Virus record (IMG/VR): IMGVR_UViG_3300032257_000065
Span: 1 to 35,867 of that record
Source: a virus
Lineage: Duplodnaviria > Caudoviricetes
DNA length: 35,867 bases
Strand: one strand, 5' to 3'
Positions within the stretch are counted from its first letter, which is position 1. Each line of letters starts with the position of its first letter. Position numbers and translations under genes: made by a program. Of this stretch, positions 1 to 9,751 are shown one piece after another. The notes beneath the pieces were generated by a model. The model saw nothing but the letters and a program-made list of their open reading frames with translations, was not told the DNA's origin and ran no database searches.

Positions 1-136
1 CAACACCGGCTTGAATTGATGATCCATGATACTGTTTAACCTCCTGAGTTTCTATATCTTTAGTCACTATACACCAGATACGAGTAGCGTAGTCTAGTAG
101 GTTATCTGCTTCTATATCAAATACTAAACTAGACAT
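1..136 (-). CDS. DNA polymerase family A, N-terminal 3'-5' exonuclease domain (partial, runs off the window)
   Basis: Manual translation from ATG at 136: MSSLVFDIEADNLLDYATRIWCIVTKDIETQEV..., the ExoI motif (FDIE..LL...IWCI) of T7-like polymerases; downstream of the primase-helicase. Absent from the ORF track. Confidence 0.85.
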   Translation of the reverse strand, partial: MSSLVFDIEADNLLDYATRIWCIVTKDIETQEVKQYHGSSIQAGV

Positions 137-333
137 ATAATTAACGAGCTAACAAGTATAACTAACAAAAAAATCGGCTTATCATTGGGGCTAGGGCTCC
201 CTTGATGATGTATCACTTCCCCACACGTTGTACACTGATATTCATTTATGCTTTGAATACTACTGCAGAGACTAACACACTTTACATAATGCCAAGAGTG
301 CGGACAAAAGAACATTTTAATTTTAGAACTCAT
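124..333 (-). CDS. small hypothetical protein with possible Zn ligands (FCPHSW...CTTC) and hydrophobic C-terminus
   Basis: AGGA RBS before ATG; tightly packed between neighbours. Confidence 0.6.
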   Translation of the reverse strand: MSSKIKMFFCPHSWHYVKCVSLCSSIQSINEYQCTTCGEVIHHQGSPSPNDKPIFLLVILVSSLIICLV

Positions 334-335
334 TC

Positions 336-575
336 CTAACTACCCCCTTCACTAACCTTGATTAGATTATACCATACCTCTTCAACCCCTTCTCTACCTC
401 CTCCGTTAAAGATATGATCTGCTATATTATCATTAACATTTACCTGATCGTCTTCTACTAGAAGATCATAGATTTGGGTTCGAGTTGGTTTAGTTAACCA
501 AACACTTACGAAGTAATCCCCTTCTTGATCATAAAGATTATGTTCCCTAGTGAGAACCCACAGTTTAGAACTCAT
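336..575 (-). CDS. hypothetical phage protein
   Basis: 79 aa ORF, GGAG-type RBS, short overlap with the end of the primase-helicase. Confidence 0.7.
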   Translation of the reverse strand: MSSKLWVLTREHNLYDQEGDYFVSVWLTKPTRTQIYDLLVEDDQVNVNDNIADHIFNGGGREGVEEVWYNLIKVSEGGS

Positions 576-2265
576 TTCTCTCTCCTTCCTGTGCTACAAA
601 GTCAGTCTTAGTCATACGTCCTGTCTCATCATCGAATTTAAGATAGTCTGAGGCACCTGTCCGTCCTGTGAATCTACATTTAAGGACGTGCAACTGGGAC
701 GTATTTCGTTCTGGTTCTGTTTCTGCTTGTTGATTTCTACTAAGAGCATAGACGCTATTACTAAGCTGCTTAATGCTCCCGCTCCCACGCAAATCGTCAA
801 GACAAGGTACAGCCCCTTCTTCGAAACTAACACCACCACCTACCTTGCGTAGATGGACTACTAATCCTATCCATATGCCTAACTCCTGAGTAAGTTTTTT
901 AAGTTTAGTCATTATACTATCTATTCGTTCTCGTTCTCCGCCTTGATCAGCAAATTCAGATACCACAATACTAAGATGGTCAAGAAAGATGTACTTAACA
1001 CCCAGACCCCTAGCCATGAACTTGATCTTTGAAACAAGGGAATCGTCATCAACGGAACCAAAGTGGTCATAGTAATGTAACCTATCAGTACCAGACGTGG
1101 CCAACCATGCTTCATACTTCTCCTCCTCTGTAACAGTTTCCCGTACATCAGGTAGTTGGTATCTCTTATTGAGATGTAAGGCCATCATTGCCTCTACAGA
1201 GTCCTCCAGTGGCTCCTCAAGGGCTATAATACCTATAGGCCTAGTGGTTGTATCAAGTAGGTGTTTCTGTAGCTCACGTAGGAGCTGAGTCTTACCCATA
1301 CCACTACCAGAAGTCCAAGTGTCTAGCTCTCCTAAACGTATACCGTAGGTCTTCTTATTCATATCATCCCAACCATCAGGATAAGCTACTGATTCTACTA
1401 TCTCTCTATTATTAATCTTATCCCATGTATCTTTACCAGATACAATACCATCAGGTCTAATGATCATAGCGTTATTCAGGGCTGAGTAGAACTCATCTGC
1501 TTTCCCCTCTAATAACATAGCATTAGGATCATTCTCTGAATAAGACATCACCTTTAAAGATCCGGGTGATAAGAGAGTTTTAACCTCCTCTACAAACTTA
1601 GTTCCCGGTTCATCTTGGTCAGGTGCAAGTACGATAGTATCGAATCTTTCTAACCATTCAATCCTACTCTTGATAGCCTCTATATTAGCACCATCTGGCA
1701 GTGAGCAGACACGATAGTTCTTACCTTTCATCATGAACATCTGCCATGCAGCCATGGCGTCATCTTCACCTTCAGTAATAACTAACATCCGACCACTATT
1801 ACCACATACTCTCTGACCAAAGAAGTCCTTATCTTTACCAGAACCTATATGATCAAACCACTTCTTCTCACCATAATTAGTTCTGAACTTAGTCTTATAT
1901 CCTACCGCAGCACCTCGACTGAATGTAGGGTAATGCCAGCTACGTACCTCACCAGATGCACCATCAATCTCTACCTTGACATCGTACTTACTGGTAGCTT
2001 CTTGTGATAAACCTCTGTGTGGTATAGCTAGGCTAGGTAGTTGATCTACCTTCTCTTTCTTTATCCTGACCTTCTCTGGGTCTTTTTCTGATTTCTTCTG
2101 TGTCACCTTCCCTCCATCTTCTTGGTTTTCTGAATAAGGGTCTTTCTCATACTGTTTACATACGTAACAGAACCCGTTATAACTACTATCATCTTCTTCA
2201 TATACTGCTAATCCATCAGATGAAGTACACTTCTTACAAGCTATATGTTCTACTAGTTCTCCCAT
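565..2265 (-). CDS. T7 gp4-like DNA primase-helicase
   Basis: N-terminal Zn ribbon (CKKC...CYVC), TOPRIM motifs (ITEGEDDAM, PDQDEPG), DnaB-type helicase motifs (SGSGMGKT, FLDHL, VVHLRK, DLRGSGSIKQ). Confidence 0.97.
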   Translation of the reverse strand: MGELVEHIACKKCTSSDGLAVYEEDDSSYNGFCYVCKQYEKDPYSENQEDGGKVTQKKSEKDPEKVRIKKEKVDQLPSLAIPHRGLSQEATSKYDVKVEIDGASGEVRSWHYPTFSRGAAVGYKTKFRTNYGEKKWFDHIGSGKDKDFFGQRVCGNSGRMLVITEGEDDAMAAWQMFMMKGKNYRVCSLPDGANIEAIKSRIEWLERFDTIVLAPDQDEPGTKFVEEVKTLLSPGSLKVMSYSENDPNAMLLEGKADEFYSALNNAMIIRPDGIVSGKDTWDKINNREIVESVAYPDGWDDMNKKTYGIRLGELDTWTSGSGMGKTQLLRELQKHLLDTTTRPIGIIALEEPLEDSVEAMMALHLNKRYQLPDVRETVTEEEKYEAWLATSGTDRLHYYDHFGSVDDDSLVSKIKFMARGLGVKYIFLDHLSIVVSEFADQGGERERIDSIMTKLKKLTQELGIWIGLVVHLRKVGGGVSFEEGAVPCLDDLRGSGSIKQLSNSVYALSRNQQAETEPERNTSQLHVLKCRFTGRTGASDYLKFDDETGRMTKTDFVAQEGERNEF

Positions 2266-2483
2266 ATAGGATGGCTTACCTCCATAGGTAATATGTTATG
2301 TAGTAATTCATTAGTGTAGAATAACTCATCATAGATACCTAGCAATATCTCACTTATAAATATCAGTTGAGCTACCACTACAAAAATAGTACCTAATATA
2401 AGACTCCACTTAGCAGCCGTCTTTAGTATCCGCCACCAATCCAGAGTAATCAAATGCTTCATCTCTATTCTCCGCTTTATCAT
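2253..2483 (-). CDS. small membrane protein (true start probably the second Met, MKHLIT)
   Basis: One hydrophobic helix; GGAG lies upstream of the internal ATG. Confidence 0.55.
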   Translation of the reverse strand: MIKRRIEMKHLITLDWWRILKTAAKWSLILGTIFVVVAQLIFISEILLGIYDELFYTNELLHNILPMEVSHPIWEN

Positions 2484-2652
2484 TAAAATCTAAAGGCGTC
2501 TCTCGGTCTTTGTCCTCATATACTTCAAAGGGACATAGACTATTATGGCATACTTGTACACCATCACCTGTCTTAAGACTTACAGGGATATACTCTTGAC
2601 AGTACTCGCATAGTTGCATCTCTACTTCATCTTCATCACTTGTACTATTCAT
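2410..2652 (-). CDS. small acidic protein with possible Zn finger (CEYC...CHNSLC)
   Basis: 80 aa ORF with AGGT RBS, co-oriented within the operon. Confidence 0.55.
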   Translation of the reverse strand: MNSTSDEDEVEMQLCEYCQEYIPVSLKTGDGVQVCHNSLCPFEVYEDKDRETPLDFNDKAENRDEAFDYSGLVADTKDGC

Positions 2653-2653
2653 T

Positions 2654-2842
2654 TTATTTACCTATATATTTTTTAAGGTTTTCTTTTAAGTCATTACGAG
2701 CTATGCCATAGGCCTGTTCAGGTGTTAGGTCAGCCCTAAACTCAGGTGTAAACGTTCTCTGAGGGAGTAACTCATCTACCAATACATCACAAATGACATA
2801 CTCTTTAAATAATAACTCTACTACTTTATTTTGTACGTCCAT
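2654..2842 (-). CDS. hypothetical protein
   Basis: 62 aa ORF, GGAG RBS, 1-nt gaps to neighbours. Confidence 0.65.
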   Translation of the reverse strand: MDVQNKVVELLFKEYVICDVLVDELLPQRTFTPEFRADLTPEQAYGIARNDLKENLKKYIGK

Positions 2843-2843
2843 T

Positions 2844-3257
2844 TTATCGCTCCCAAATACCAGACTCGATCACCTTATTACTCTTAAGTGAGTCTGCATC
2901 TTTAATATAATATATCCACGCAGTACCATAAGAGGTTTCAATCTCTTTACGGTTATAGAAATGAGGATACCCTTCAAGACGATCTAATCGTTTAAATGTA
3001 GGATCATCTACTTTATACACTTCACCACAGATAGAGGTTGAACCCCCTTCCTTAATAGCTGGGAAGCCACCTAAACCATACATAGTGTACTCTTCTGCTG
3101 TCTTCTGTTCACCTAATAATTCAGAAGTATGTAATAGGTGGTGGTTGTGGAAGTTTTTCTTTAAGGAACCATATACCATTACTAGGTATTCTGTATCCTT
3201 TTGTTCCTCTTTTACATCTTGGACAATATTTTCTCTCATAAGTTCAATCCTATTCAA
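2844..3257 (-). CDS. gamma-glutamylcyclotransferase (AIG2-like/YtfP family)
   Basis: VMVYGSLKK...NH, FPAI, GEVYKVD, LDRLEGYP.FY.R, AWIY motifs. Confidence 0.93.
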   Translation of the reverse strand: MNRIELMRENIVQDVKEEQKDTEYLVMVYGSLKKNFHNHHLLHTSELLGEQKTAEEYTMYGLGGFPAIKEGGSTSICGEVYKVDDPTFKRLDRLEGYPHFYNRKEIETSYGTAWIYYIKDADSLKSNKVIESGIWER

Positions 3258-3279
3258 TATTTATTATTAGTAGTCTTTT

Positions 3280-3918
3280 TTAGAAAGATGTTCGTAGTCT
3301 TGCAGACCTTCTAAGAGTCTGTTCAAATCGAGCCTGTGCTTGATCTATTCTCCTCTGATACTCTTCTTTAGCTTTCTTCTTACCCTTCTCACTACGTAAA
3401 TCCTTCTCCTTATAAGATAAGCCATCTTTAGTAAGAGATGTATGTTTAGTCCTAGTAAGATCACCTAGGTCTGCTTTAGTAATAGTATAAGTGTGTAGTA
3501 GGTTCTCTGTCTTACTACTTCGAGCTTTAACCAAAGGCTCGATACCGTACCACTCAGCAAAATCAGCTAGACTATAACCTTCTAATCTGTGCTGACCTAT
3601 AGAAACACCATTCCAACTATCCCCTACTGCATCTGAGAATGAAATAATAACAGTACGGGTAGATAAAAACGTATACCGTAATATTTCTAAGATTTGGTAG
3701 AAGATAAAAGGGCTATCCTCTTGTGTAATCTTAGTCTCTTTACCATACTTAGGGTACATCTCTCTACCCTCAGAGATTATATTTTTATTACTTACACTTA
3801 GGTTAAATACCTCAGAGATACCACAACACTGTCTACTCTGCTTACCTTCTAAAGTAATAGTGATGACACCATCATCTTTCTGTATTATTTTATTATATTT
3901 CATCTCACTGTTCCTCAA
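3280..3918 (-). CDS. hypothetical protein with CCG motif inside the amidoligase cluster
   Basis: 212 aa ORF coupled to the ATP-grasp gene; family not recognised. Confidence 0.7.
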   Translation of the reverse strand: MRNSEMKYNKIIQKDDGVITITLEGKQSRQCCGISEVFNLSVSNKNIISEGREMYPKYGKETKITQEDSPFIFYQILEILRYTFLSTRTVIISFSDAVGDSWNGVSIGQHRLEGYSLADFAEWYGIEPLVKARSSKTENLLHTYTITKADLGDLTRTKHTSLTKDGLSYKEKDLRSEKGKKKAKEEYQRRIDQAQARFEQTLRRSARLRTSF

Positions 3919-4690
3919 TATATTTAGTAAACGCTGCTACATATTTCTCCAGCGTAGTACCTTCTAATCCCGGTGCTGTGTTGATCTCCAGAATATATGG
4001 CTTCTGTTCATGATCATTCCATATAACATCAACCGCTCCGAAATCAAGTCCACAAGACTGTACAGCAAGAATGCTGTTACTGCTAACGCTTGCAGGGCAA
4101 TCAATACCGTCCCTACAATAAACCCAACCAGTATGCTTATTCCTGATCTTATAGTTAACATCATCGTTCTCTACCTCTCTTCGTTTACGTTTCTCCTGTA
4201 TATCTATTACTTCACCTTGGAAGACATGCACTCTATACTCTGTCTTCTTCTTCTTATACTCTACAAATAGGGGGGCACGAGTCCAGTCTGCTGCCAGATC
4301 ATTAGGACTCTCTACGTACTCTGCACCATCACCACTATGACCTCGTAGTTTATGACGGGCTACTATAGGGCAGCCCCACTCTTTAGCTACATTAGGGTTA
4401 GTAGTAAAACGTGGTATCTGTACCTCTCCACGTTCCAGATCCTGAAAGCCAAGTAATTTATTACCTACTCTTAAGACCTTATGAGGGTCGTTTAGAATAG
4501 ATACCTCACGTCCGTACCAGTCAGGTAAGGCTCCGCTACCCCAATTAATAATTACATGGTTGTTACGTGGTAGATATCTACGATTAGGGTACACTTTAAA
4601 AGTACGTGTACCTCTCTCTCGAAGTCCTTCTGCTAACATAGTAGCTGACTGTGAACCCATCTTATATGGGTAGATTCTAAACTGTTTCAT
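3905..4690 (-). CDS. ATP-grasp ligase (RimK/glutathione synthetase-like, phage type)
   Basis: IINWG, GHSGDG loop, EYRVHVF, GLDFGAVDVIW, ILEINTAPGL motifs. Confidence 0.93.
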   Translation of the reverse strand: MKQFRIYPYKMGSQSATMLAEGLRERGTRTFKVYPNRRYLPRNNHVIINWGSGALPDWYGREVSILNDPHKVLRVGNKLLGFQDLERGEVQIPRFTTNPNVAKEWGCPIVARHKLRGHSGDGAEYVESPNDLAADWTRAPLFVEYKKKKTEYRVHVFQGEVIDIQEKRKRREVENDDVNYKIRNKHTGWVYCRDGIDCPASVSSNSILAVQSCGLDFGAVDVIWNDHEQKPYILEINTAPGLEGTTLEKYVAAFTKYIEEQ

Positions 4691-4693
4691 GAC

Positions 4694-6304
4694 TTAAACT
4701 CCACTACGGTCTTTATAACCTGACCCAGCCATACAACCCCAATCAGAGAGATCGAGAGCACAGCTAGGGCAGATAGGCTTATGATCGTTAGTCCACTTAA
4801 CATCAAATGCATTATCTGGGCTGATTGGTGCTTGACACATATCGCATCCATCTTGAGCTGCTCTTTGAAACGACTCCAGACTAATGTATCGTCCGTTTTC
4901 CCCCCTGTACTGTTTGAGGCATGAGGGAGCGTAAGGCTTTTTTTCAGCAGAGGACACCTCCGAGTCCCGTACTTGTTCTATAATCTTCTCTATATTATCC
5001 TTTGGCTTACCTACTCTATCCCGTAGATACTCTCTAACATCATCAGATAGTTTCCTTACTTCCTTACCCTTCTTATCCTCTCTGGCTTTCTTTGCAGCCT
5101 CTTCTCTAGCCTTACGTGCTTCTAATACCTTGTTATCGATATTCGGCAAGGATAGTATTTTCTTCTCTTCTTCCTTTTCTTCTTCCTTTTCTTCTTCCTT
5201 ACCACCTACAGGCTCTTCATAAATCTTAGAGATCGTGTGACGTGATAGGTAGATCTCTATATTACCTGCCCTGTTATTACAGTAAGAGATCTCACCTTGT
5301 AAGACATCCTCATCTTTAGCTAAACTAATAGTGTCAGAGTCTACCTGATGTACAATAATATCACACCAAGGTTCTTCAGTTAAAGTACCAGAGATCTCAC
5401 CTAGTGGGTCTTTATTACCATAATGTGTAGCCTTATGAACCCAGAAGTCAACAGTCTCACCTATCTCCAGACCGATACTTTCTAGTAGCTTTTTTGCCTT
5501 ATCAGTCCGTCTACGATTAAGTCTAGCATTTTGACTTTCATTAGCTGGCTTGAAGTTAGTTGCAGCACGCTTAACCACAGGCTCTGCATATTTACTAAGA
5601 GCTTTTGTTGAGTACTCCATAGTCTTAAGGTCTAGAGTATGGAGGGTGTGTGTTTTAAGCAACACCATATCAACTATTTCCATCTTGTTACGAGAGGCAA
5701 CCCAATTAATCATACCAGCCTCACTAGCAAATAAGACAGTAGTGTGTCCATCATATACATGCTTAACCTTTGCAGTAAAGAGTGGACGTTCCTCATTACG
5801 GAACATATTCACTGTGTTATTTTTAATGTCATGGTATACGATGGCATACGCACCATTAAGGCCTTTTACCGTCTCCTCTACTCCAACTTCATTGATGGAG
5901 TGGAAAACAGCATCACTGTCCACATCAAAAAGCTCACCGTCTTTTAATAGGTTACGGTGATTATTCAATGAGCCATTATGTACACCAATAATATTACCAT
6001 GATGAAAAGGGTGTGCATTGACTGAATTAACAGCACCTCGGGTAGCCCAACGGTTATGTCCTACTACTAAGGTCTTATCAATCATACTGCCTAGTATCTT
6101 CTCTGCCTTACGGTGGTTGATGAAGTCCCAACCTGCAATAGCTGATTTAAACTTCTGTAAAGTACCATCACTATCTACTGTAAAGACGCCAGTACTGTCC
6201 TCGCCTCTTAAAGAGTCTACAACTAAAGCGTCTCTGATAAAGTTACGCTTTTCTCCAGCCATAACACCTTTACTATCACTTATTAAACCTATAATACCAC
6301 ACAT
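4694..6304 (-). CDS. class II (Ntn) glutamine amidotransferase with long C-terminal extension ending in a Zn finger
   Basis: N-terminal MCGIIG, RGEDSTG, GHNRWATRG, NAHPF, HNGSL, VDSD; C-terminal CDMC...CPSC. Confidence 0.93.
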   Translation of the reverse strand: MCGIIGLISDSKGVMAGEKRNFIRDALVVDSLRGEDSTGVFTVDSDGTLQKFKSAIAGWDFINHRKAEKILGSMIDKTLVVGHNRWATRGAVNSVNAHPFHHGNIIGVHNGSLNNHRNLLKDGELFDVDSDAVFHSINEVGVEETVKGLNGAYAIVYHDIKNNTVNMFRNEERPLFTAKVKHVYDGHTTVLFASEAGMINWVASRNKMEIVDMVLLKTHTLHTLDLKTMEYSTKALSKYAEPVVKRAATNFKPANESQNARLNRRRTDKAKKLLESIGLEIGETVDFWVHKATHYGNKDPLGEISGTLTEEPWCDIIVHQVDSDTISLAKDEDVLQGEISYCNNRAGNIEIYLSRHTISKIYEEPVGGKEEEKEEEKEEEKKILSLPNIDNKVLEARKAREEAAKKAREDKKGKEVRKLSDDVREYLRDRVGKPKDNIEKIIEQVRDSEVSSAEKKPYAPSCLKQYRGENGRYISLESFQRAAQDGCDMCQAPISPDNAFDVKWTNDHKPICPSCALDLSDWGCMAGSGYKDRSGV

Positions 6305-6305
6305 T

Positions 6306-7382
6306 TTAAAGCTCCTCTTCGATATCTCTAATTATTCTAGCACGTTCTGCCATCGCTTGCATATGCTCTTCCATACCTCCGATAGCATATACTGTCTTCT
6401 TCTTATTAGTCTTCCGTAGCTTGATCAACCTTTTATAGTTCTCACTTTCTACGAATCTAGGGTTCTTCCTAGATATCGACCCCATATACTTATCGGAACT
6501 ATTCCTTAAGTCTCCGGCGTATATCATATCTTGAAAGAGACGCATACCTTCTAAGATATCTCCTTCTACATCTGAATACTTAAACAGTTTCTGGATCATA
6601 TCTTCAGAGAATATGTCACCGATAACAGACATATACCCTGCACCACTGATACCGGTAAGGATATCATAAGGATGACCATTATACTCACAGGCATATTTCT
6701 TCATAGCCATAAGTATATTGATCCACTCAAGGATAGCTTTTGAGTTTGTTGACCCTTCCATATGTCTGAACTCTAAAGACCCGAAAGAGAATAAAGCAGC
6801 TACATTAAGACCATAATATTTGGTCAGATACTTTAGACTACCTTGTATACGTCGAGCTACCTTACCATCCTCGTCGCCCTCAGCAAGCTCTAATACTTTA
6901 GATAAGCCTCCTAAGTGTTCTAAATGCTTTGTTGCATTATAGAAAGGTAGGCAATAGATATTCTCATGCCTATTATATCCGTGATTGTGATAACGATAGA
7001 TAGGTTTCTCAATAATTAAATATAAACCTATAAGGTTTAATAAAGAACGTAATGTCATATCTCGAACGTCTAAATGTACATGTATTGATGTACGAACACT
7101 TTGAGATACTTTAAGATCTTTACCTACTTGCTCTAGGTTCTCCAAAGCAGTAACTAGGTCTAAACCCATCAGCGGTTCTGATAGTACAAACTCAGCCCCT
7201 CTTCTAAGTGAGCCATCTTCTACGACATTCCAATACTTAGGAGGTGTTATACGGTCAAGACGTACCCCTTCTACCTCAGACTCTACACCTACATAACAGC
7301 TTGGAAGGACTAATCGATCATCAGGTTTAAAAGTACGGACATCTGCGTACTTACCTGTTATTAAACTAACCTGCATCTTCAA
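6306..7382 (-). CDS. putative amidoligase (glutamate-cysteine ligase/glutamine synthetase fold, Amidoligase_2-like)
   Basis: VGVESEVEG, VEDGSLR..AEFV, RTSIHVHLD, KYYGLN, GSLEFRHM motifs. Confidence 0.9.
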   Translation of the reverse strand: MKMQVSLITGKYADVRTFKPDDRLVLPSCYVGVESEVEGVRLDRITPPKYWNVVEDGSLRRGAEFVLSEPLMGLDLVTALENLEQVGKDLKVSQSVRTSIHVHLDVRDMTLRSLLNLIGLYLIIEKPIYRYHNHGYNRHENIYCLPFYNATKHLEHLGGLSKVLELAEGDEDGKVARRIQGSLKYLTKYYGLNVAALFSFGSLEFRHMEGSTNSKAILEWINILMAMKKYACEYNGHPYDILTGISGAGYMSVIGDIFSEDMIQKLFKYSDVEGDILEGMRLFQDMIYAGDLRNSSDKYMGSISRKNPRFVESENYKRLIKLRKTNKKKTVYAIGGMEEHMQAMAERARIIRDIEEEL

Positions 7383-8046
7383 TACCTCCTATTGGCATAA
7401 ATTGCGTTAAAGATTCCATCAAAAACTCAAATCCTGTAAATACTATAGCAGTGTTATTTGGCTTAACTTTACCTACTATGTCGTTGTTGTTACATCCTAT
7501 TAAGATATCTTCAGAGTAACGATCAACGCTTAACCAGAACTTACCACTAATGGCTGCTGTAAATCTCTTACCTTTACGTATACGACTTAGGGCAGCATAC
7601 GTATCATAATAAGAATTTTTACGTATTGCATCTAAGATTTTAGGTAAAGATATCGAAGGGTTATGTACTACTGGAAGATCCCCATTAACATAGGAGCAAT
7701 GATATGAGTTGTTATTAATAGCCATATTATATTGACGCTCTGCACCCCTCTTAACATTTATAACTCTGTCATGATAGTTGTATAAACCAGACTTGATCGG
7801 TGTCAGGTCAATCTCAGACAGTTTAATGTCGATTAAAGCTTCAGAGTCCCAACTATTATAGTTTCCTCGTGATTTGGGCTTAAACACTTTAGCGAATCGT
7901 ACCATTTTATCAGTACTATCACTTGTAAAAGTTTCAAATATCTGCTGTATAGATACAGGTGTAATTTTACCACCTAGTACAGCAAAAGCATAACCTCTCC
8001 GTAGGTATCTATCTAAATCACCTACTGCATAGTCTTCTGTTTTCAT
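7366..8046 (-). CDS. hypothetical protein between the two COOH-NH2 ligases
   Basis: 226 aa, ATGA overlap with the upstream gene, GGAGG RBS. Confidence 0.8.
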   Translation of the reverse strand: MKTEDYAVGDLDRYLRRGYAFAVLGGKITPVSIQQIFETFTSDSTDKMVRFAKVFKPKSRGNYNSWDSEALIDIKLSEIDLTPIKSGLYNYHDRVINVKRGAERQYNMAINNNSYHCSYVNGDLPVVHNPSISLPKILDAIRKNSYYDTYAALSRIRKGKRFTAAISGKFWLSVDRYSEDILIGCNNNDIVGKVKPNNTAIVFTGFEFLMESLTQFMPIGGIEDAG

Positions 8047-8828
8047 ACCACCTCCAAGCCGTGAAGCTCAACCAACTCATTAGCTAGTTCTCGATTGCCT
8101 TCATTAATACACTCGATAACTTTATCACCAATATCACGAGTGATACGGAAACCGCCTAAATACCGATCCATAGCAGCCTCTACCTGATCATAAGCCCAAT
8201 CAATGTGATCTCTCGACTGAATCCAGAAATTAGACAGAGTTCGATATTCAACACCATATTCTTTACTACGGTATGCTCCAGCCTTACCGTACAACTTACG
8301 ACGTTCAACATCAGCATCCATTAACACAGAAGGAACACCCAGCACTAAGTCTAAGATTCGGATAAATGATGCTTTCTCATTCTCATCCTGTGTTACGTCT
8401 TCCAGAGATACGTGGATATGACCACCGCATGAACGTAAAGTCCCTACAGTTTCAGGATCAGGTGGTATATTATTATCCATAGTGTACGCATTCAAGTCCG
8501 GAGTACACCCAAATACTAAAGCCATAGGGTGTTCTAACTCCTTCTTAGGGTAATGAGCAGAGGCCTTAACTATAGTAGTAAGGTCATACTCTTTAACCTT
8601 ATGTTGAAGCAGCCCATATACTTTCTCAATACCTTCCCGCCAACCCTCCTTACTGTCACTGGGGTCTACAGCAAACTCTGCTAAGACGTTATCTTCCTGT
8701 AAATTACCACCATCCACTAAGAACGGTTCCTCTTTACTACCACCAATCAAACCAATAGATGATACAAAATCACCCGTTTTAGATGATAGTAGTAATACCT
8801 CTATATCTGTACCTAGTTTTAAACTCAT
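8043..8828 (-). CDS. phiEco32-like COOH-NH2 ligase type 2
   Basis: LGTDIEV, IGGSKEEP, LQEDNVLAEF, FGCTPDLNAY, RSCGGHIH, RRKLYGKAGAYR.K.YGVEYRTLSNFW. Confidence 0.93.
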   Translation of the reverse strand: MSLKLGTDIEVLLLSSKTGDFVSSIGLIGGSKEEPFLVDGGNLQEDNVLAEFAVDPSDSKEGWREGIEKVYGLLQHKVKEYDLTTIVKASAHYPKKELEHPMALVFGCTPDLNAYTMDNNIPPDPETVGTLRSCGGHIHVSLEDVTQDENEKASFIRILDLVLGVPSVLMDADVERRKLYGKAGAYRSKEYGVEYRTLSNFWIQSRDHIDWAYDQVEAAMDRYLGGFRITRDIGDKVIECINEGNRELANELVELHGLEVV

Positions 8829-9022
8829 ATTAAAGTCCCCGCAGTTACTGTAAATGTATAATGAAGTCTACCGTTAAGAAAGATAGGGTAGTTACTGCTT
8901 ATAGTGACCCACTCATACTTTTTACACAGTGTTGCATCTAACATCTTAGCGACATCATCTGCCTTACCTGCATCAACGGTATGTGTTTGCCTGTATTCAA
9001 TATTAGGCTGTACTTGATACAT
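8825..9022 (-). CDS. hypothetical protein
   Basis: 65 aa, strong GGAGG RBS, ATGA overlap with the next gene. Confidence 0.7.
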   Translation of the reverse strand: MYQVQPNIEYRQTHTVDAGKADDVAKMLDATLCKKYEWVTISSNYPIFLNGRLHYTFTVTAGTLI

Positions 9023-9049
9023 AAAACCTCCCCCTACGTAGTAGGTTGT

Positions 9050-9751
9050 TTATTTAATATACTCCTTGATTAGGAATTGAAAGAATTTAGCTCCGTCAGA
9101 ACTCTTATCCATATATTCTGGATGGTACTGAACACAAAGAGAATTGGTAGTATCATACCACAACACTTCCGGTTCTTTGCCGCTAAAAAGACCGCCATTA
9201 TACTTCTCAGTATAGTCATTAAATTCAGGGAATGGTATTGCTGACATTTGAACAGCAAGATCTTCCGCATAGGCTATCATTTCATGGCTCTTAGTGACAT
9301 CAGGAACCATCATTTGATGATGTGTGGAAGTAACCATAACCTCTTTATTTTTAAACTTACTGCTTCCATTGATACGTATCTTATGACTTGAGGTGTGTCC
9401 AGTCATATGCTGTACCAGCTTACCTCCATTCATGACGTTAAGGAATTGAGCACCTCTACAGATACCAATCATAGGTATTCCATGCTCTAAGGCGTACTGG
9501 AATATTTCCTTCTCTTCCCTGTCCCTAACATCATCTACTGAAGCTACATAGCCACTACGAACCTCCCCATACATAGAAGGGTTGACGTCTGTACCGCCAG
9601 TAAATACTATACAATCAGCCATATCTCTTTGTGATGGAGCTACTACTGCCCCACCTGCTTCAAAGAATGGTTTGAAATAAGCATTACTGCCTAGTACTAA
9701 GAAGTTAAAAGAATTGTGATTAAGGATATTATTACGATTACGATCAGCCAT
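9050..9751 (-). CDS. class I glutamine amidotransferase-like protein (peptidase C26 / PuuD gamma-glutamyl hydrolase family)
   Basis: FTGGTDV.P..YGE, GICRGAQFLNV..GG.L.QH, STHHQMM, VQYHPE (Cys-His-Glu triad). Confidence 0.92.
   Translation of the reverse strand: MADRNRNNILNHNSFNFLVLGSNAYFKPFFEAGGAVVAPSQRDMADCIVFTGGTDVNPSMYGEVRSGYVASVDDVRDREEKEIFQYALEHGIPMIGICRGAQFLNVMNGGKLVQHMTGHTSSHKIRINGSSKFKNKEVMVTSTHHQMMVPDVTKSHEMIAYAEDLAVQMSAIPFPEFNDYTEKYNGGLFSGKEPEVLWYDTTNSLCVQYHPEYMDKSSDGAKFFQFLIKEYIK

Noticed and set aside
612-6419. Short nested or antisense ORFs in the track (612-839, 921-1148, 1097-1288, 2100-2291, 3085-3270, 3964-4164, 4010-4270, 5550-5960, 5744-5947, 6018-6419)
   Set aside because: They lie within well-supported genes and show no recognisable motifs; treated as shadow ORFs.
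7392-7405. TTGGCATAAATTGC resembling a sigma54 box
   Set aside because: GG-GC spacing is shorter than the required 10 nt and it lies in a coding region.
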